A stretch of DNA of 12,243 nucleotides. Source: Halalkalibacterium halodurans. Its GTDB lineage: Bacteria; Bacillota; Bacilli; Bacillales; Bacillaceae_D. Below, in pieces: positions 10,080 to 12,243 of this stretch (within the stretch, counting starts at the first letter, position 1; every line of letters begins with the position of its first letter). A program made the translations under genes and the position numbers. Under the pieces are notes generated by a model, which did no database searches, was not told where the DNA came from, and saw only the letters and a list, made by a program, of their open reading frames with translations. The stretch is from the NCBI RefSeq assembly GCF_004376175.1, contig NZ_SNUY01000089.1, positions 1-12,243 of the forward strand, given 5' to 3'.

Positions 10080-11750
10080 TTAAACTGGCGCTGGTGCGGA
10101 TACAAACGATTGATTGGCCGGAATCGTTTCCTCTTCCGTTTCTTCACGGATTAAGGCATATGAAAGAACGTCATCAAGATGTTTCATTGGGATAATGGTA
10201 ATTCCTTCGATCTCCTGCAATATCGCTTGTTCATTCTCTTTTGGAATTAGAACCGTCTTTGCGCCGCTTGCTTTCGCTGCTTCCACCTTGGCGACGATTC
10301 CGCCTACTGGCTTGACTGTACCATGAATACTAATTTCTCCTGTCATTGCCACGGTATTGTCGACCTTTTCTTCTTTAATCGCGGAGTAAATGCCTGTTGC
10401 AATCGCTACACCCGCAGAAGGACCGTCTACAGGAGCTCCGCCAGGAAAGTTAATGTGAATATCATATTGATCAATCGGCAAATCCATTTTCTTTAAAACG
10501 GTAAGGACATTTTCAACTGAACCTTTCGCCATACTTTTTCGGCGAATGGAGCGAGCTTGGTTCCCCGTTTGCTCCTCTTCCGCGATACCTGTAATTGTTA
10601 CACTACCTTCTGCAACGGAAGGAATGACATCGACCTCCACTTCGAGCAATGCCCCTGTATTCGGTCCAAACACAGCAAGACCGTTCACAAGGCCCACCTT
10701 CGGCTCGGACGGAATTTGCCGCTCTGGTCGTGGGGAAAGCTGACTTGAATGAATGACCCATTCCACATCGGCTACCGTCACTTCATGTCGGCCTTCTGTC
10801 GTTGCCATACCGGCTGCAATTTGTACGATGTTGACCGTTTCTCGGCCGTTGGTCGCATATGCCGAAATTTTTTCATACACGCCTTCTTCCGCTTTAAACC
10901 CTAACCGGTTAACTGCTTTTTTCGCAATTGTCACAATTTCTTCCCGTTTTAAGGAACGGAAATAAACTTCTAAGCAGCGTGAACGAATCGCAGGTGGGAT
11001 TTCCTCAGGCATACGGGTCGTCGCACCGACAAGGCGAAAATCAGCAGGGAGCCCCCGTTGAAAAATTTCATGGATGTGGCGAGGAATTTGTTGATTTTCT
11101 TCACTATAATACGCACTTTCTAAAAAGACTTTCCGATCTTCTAACACCTTGAGGAGCTTGTTAATTTGAATGGAGTGAAGCTCACCGATCTCATCGATAA
11201 AAAGCATGCCTCCGTGGGCTTTTGTGACAGCTCCTTGCTTTGGCTGAGGAATCCCTGCTTGCCCCATAGCGCCAGCCCCTTGATAAATTGGATCATGAAC
11301 TGAGCCAATCAACGGATCAGCAATTCCTCGTTCATCAAAACGAGCTGTTGTTCCATCGAGTTCAACAAATACGGCATCATGGGCGAACGGAGAGTTCGGA
11401 TTTTTCTTCGCTTCCTGCAACACAAGCCGCGCAGCCGCAGTCTTTCCTACTCCAGGTGGTCCATAAATAATGACATGCTGCGGGTTTGGTCCACATAAAG
11501 CAGCTTTTAATGCACGAATGCCTTCCTTTTGTCCAACAATATCTTCAAAGCTTTCCGGTCGGACTTTTTCGGAAAGCGGTTCACTGAGTGAAATGGATTG
11601 TAGCTTTCGCAATTGATCCATTTCTTTGCGTGACTCCCGATCAATGGATACACGCTGAGAGCGTTGGGTTTTTAATAAATTCCAGAAATAGAGGCCGATG
11701 ACGACCCCAAAAAAAAGCTGGACGACAAAGAGAATTCCAGTCCAATTCAT
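10080..11750 (-). CDS. lonB: Membrane-anchored Lon-like ATP-dependent protease LonB
   Basis: It has an N-terminal TM helix (MNWTGILFVVQLFFGVVIGLYFWNLL), Walker [14 protein letters not shown], Walker B LFIDEIGEL and the Lon protease Ser motif VDGPSAGVA. I prefer the ATG at 11750, which has GGGGAGG 7 nt upstream. The track start at 11801 is a TTG adding 17 non-conserved residues. Confidence 0.95.
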   Translation of the reverse strand: MNWTGILFVVQLFFGVVIGLYFWNLLKTQRSQRVSIDRESRKEMDQLRKLQSISLSEPLSEKVRPESFEDIVGQKEGIRALKAALCGPNPQHVIIYGPPGVGKTAAARLVLQEAKKNPNSPFAHDAVFVELDGTTARFDERGIADPLIGSVHDPIYQGAGAMGQAGIPQPKQGAVTKAHGGMLFIDEIGELHSIQINKLLKVLEDRKVFLESAYYSEENQQIPRHIHEIFQRGLPADFRLVGATTRMPEEIPPAIRSRCLEVYFRSLKREEIVTIAKKAVNRLGFKAEEGVYEKISAYATNGRETVNIVQIAAGMATTEGRHEVTVADVEWVIHSSQLSPRPERQIPSEPKVGLVNGLAVFGPNTGALLEVEVDVIPSVAEGSVTITGIAEEEQTGNQARSIRRKSMAKGSVENVLTVLKKMDLPIDQYDIHINFPGGAPVDGPSAGVAIATGIYSAIKEEKVDNTVAMTGEISIHGTVKPVGGIVAKVEAAKASGAKTVLIPKENEQAILQEIEGITIIPMKHLDDVLSYALIREETEEETIPANQSFVSAPAPV

Positions 11751-11783
11751 AGCGTACCTCCCCGGAACTAAATAAGTTTTTCT

Positions 11784-11812
11784 TAGTATCTCCGGGAACA
11801 AATGACCTAATC
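11784..11812 (-). promoter_or_regulatory. Candidate sigma-F-type (forespore) promoter for lonB
   Basis: On the minus strand GGAGATACTA (11793..11784) fits the sigma-F -10 pattern GGnrAnAnTw. GATTA (11812..11808) lies 14 nt upstream and is a partial match to the -35 GywTA. It ends about 30 nt upstream of the lonB ATG. Confidence 0.3.
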
Positions 11813-12117
11813 AGGTGAACACCGAAATCAGGCTGTCGTTTCTTGGATGGATTGGCGGAGCACTGGTTAACGAGGGAGAAGACAACCTCTACTCTGTTCG
11901 CGTTGCGAAACACTAACATGCGTCTAGGCTCTTTTTTCGGTACCGATTAGAGCAGGCACTTCTCTCATCAATTCCAAGCTTGCTTACGATAAGAAGCGTG
12001 CAAAGCGCCTGCGTTTGGCGTTCAGCTAGACCTTTCTGTTTTATAGAAAAACTTGTTGTCTCCAAATGATTAGCAATAGCCGTAGTTACACGTATCCCAA
12101 ACTCTCGAATAAATTTT

Positions 12118-12140
12118 GGTTCTTAGTCAAATGTTGGGGT
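12118..12140 (+). repeat. Terminal inverted repeat (IRR) of an ISL3-family element
   Basis: GGTTCTTAGTCAAATGTTGGGGT lies 45 nt beyond the stop of the transposase fragment. It matches the inverted IRL at 392..414 at 17 of 23 positions. Confidence 0.55.
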
Positions 12141-12162
12141 GGCATAGGAGGGCGAGCCCCTC

Positions 12163-12243
12163 TTATCCTACCCCGAATGTTTGATGTTTGAATTGATGAT
12201 GCAAGAGAATACGGTTTCGCAAGCGATCATAACGCCGAAAACC
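12163..12243 (-). CDS. ISL3-family transposase, C-terminal 26 codons plus stop (partial, cut by the window edge)
   Basis: Reverse-complement translation from 12243 gives GFRRYDRLRNRILLHHQFKHQTFGVG, then a stop (TAA, 12165..12163). A (Y)GFRxxxxxRxRIL tail is characteristic of DDE_Tnp_ISL3 C-termini. The fragment is too short to be conclusive alone, but the adjacent IR supports it. Confidence 0.6.
   Translation of the reverse strand, partial: GFRRYDRLRNRILLHHQFKHQTFGVG

Larger units (their letters stand above)
12118..12243 (-). mobile_element. ISL3-family insertion sequence, transposase-distal (right) end; the body continues beyond the window end
   Basis: A transposase C-terminal fragment is followed by an IR-like terminus. 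A small GC hairpin, GAGGG-n5-CCCTC (about 12148..12162), sits just after the stop. Confidence 0.65.

Noticed and set aside
692-11470. Numerous plus-strand ORFs of 60-134 aa (e.g. 692..904, 1052..1297, 3259..3639, 3789..4193, 7031..7279, 7472..7953, 9824..10195, 10114..11470)
   Set aside because: All lie antisense to well-supported minus-strand genes (hemL, hemD, hemC, engB, lonA, lonB). None shows a recognisable motif or SD. They are typical shadow ORFs.
11641-11919. Minus-strand 92-aa ORF upstream of and overlapping lonB
   Set aside because: It runs out of frame across the lonB SD and the first ~36 lonB codons. It has no convincing SD before its ATG and no recognisable motif. It is probably a chance ORF, though it lies next to the orphan frame reported in findings.
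11927-11953. GGCTCTTTTTTCGGTACCGATTAGAGC as the terminus of a third ISL3-type element
   Set aside because: Only the GGCTCT hexamer resembles ISL3 IRs, and there is no similarity to the two IRs in this window beyond it. No transposase reading frame is positioned consistently with it. It is kept only as a local palindrome or stem-loop.
9948-12117. Heat-shock operators (CIRCE TTAGCACTC-N9-GAGTGCTAA; CtsR tandem GGTCAAA) near the lon genes
   Set aside because: There is no CIRCE-like sequence. The only AGTCAAA (12125..12131) lies inside the IS inverted repeat and lacks the second repeat unit.
1-12243. The two transposase fragments being one gene joined across a circular molecule
   Set aside because: Joining 293..1 to 12243..12163 gives only about 124 codons, against roughly 400 or more for ISL3 transposases. 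The fragments are also out of frame at the junction, since 293 nt leaves 2 extra bases. These are two separate IS copies in a larger replicon.
1-12243. CRISPR arrays, tRNA/rRNA genes, riboswitch or T-box leaders, toxin-antitoxin or defence cassettes
   Set aside because: By eye there are no regularly spaced direct repeats, no cloverleaf-capable segments in the short non-coding gaps, and no long structured leaders. Every ORF longer than 190 aa is confidently assigned to housekeeping functions.

Overview
This window holds a Bacillus-type housekeeping block, entirely on the minus strand. From high to low coordinates it runs lonB, lonA, engB (ysxC), then the complete tetrapyrrole operon hemA-hemX-hemC-hemD-hemB-hemL. 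Order and orientation match the Bacillus subtilis lonB-lonA-ysxC-hemAXCDBL region. All plus-strand ORFs in the track are antisense shadows of these genes. Four ORF-track starts look too long: hemL, hemC, lonA and lonB each have an internal start with a strong Shine-Dalgarno that matches the conserved N-terminus. Both window edges cut ISL3-family insertion sequences that the ORF track misses. At the left edge, 1..293 encodes a transposase N-terminus with the zf-ISL3 zinc finger, and the IS terminus is near 414. At the right edge, 12163..12243 encodes a transposase C-terminus (YGFR..R.RNRIL-type tail), and the IS terminus is near 12118. Both fragments are on the minus strand. Their termini form an imperfect inverted-repeat pair, matching at 17 of 23 positions with a perfect 12-nt core. 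The roughly 11.7-kb core block therefore sits between two directly oriented IS copies. I could also support two rho-independent terminators, a strong sigma-A promoter for hemA, weaker promoter candidates for lonA and lonB (the latter sigma-F-like), a PerR-box-like site and an operator-like inverted repeat. I see no tRNA, rRNA, CRISPR array, or defence or other accessory cassette, and no convincing evidence for a novel multi-gene system. The points worth a second look are the IS bracket, a start-less open frame abutting the right IS end, and the hemA regulatory region.
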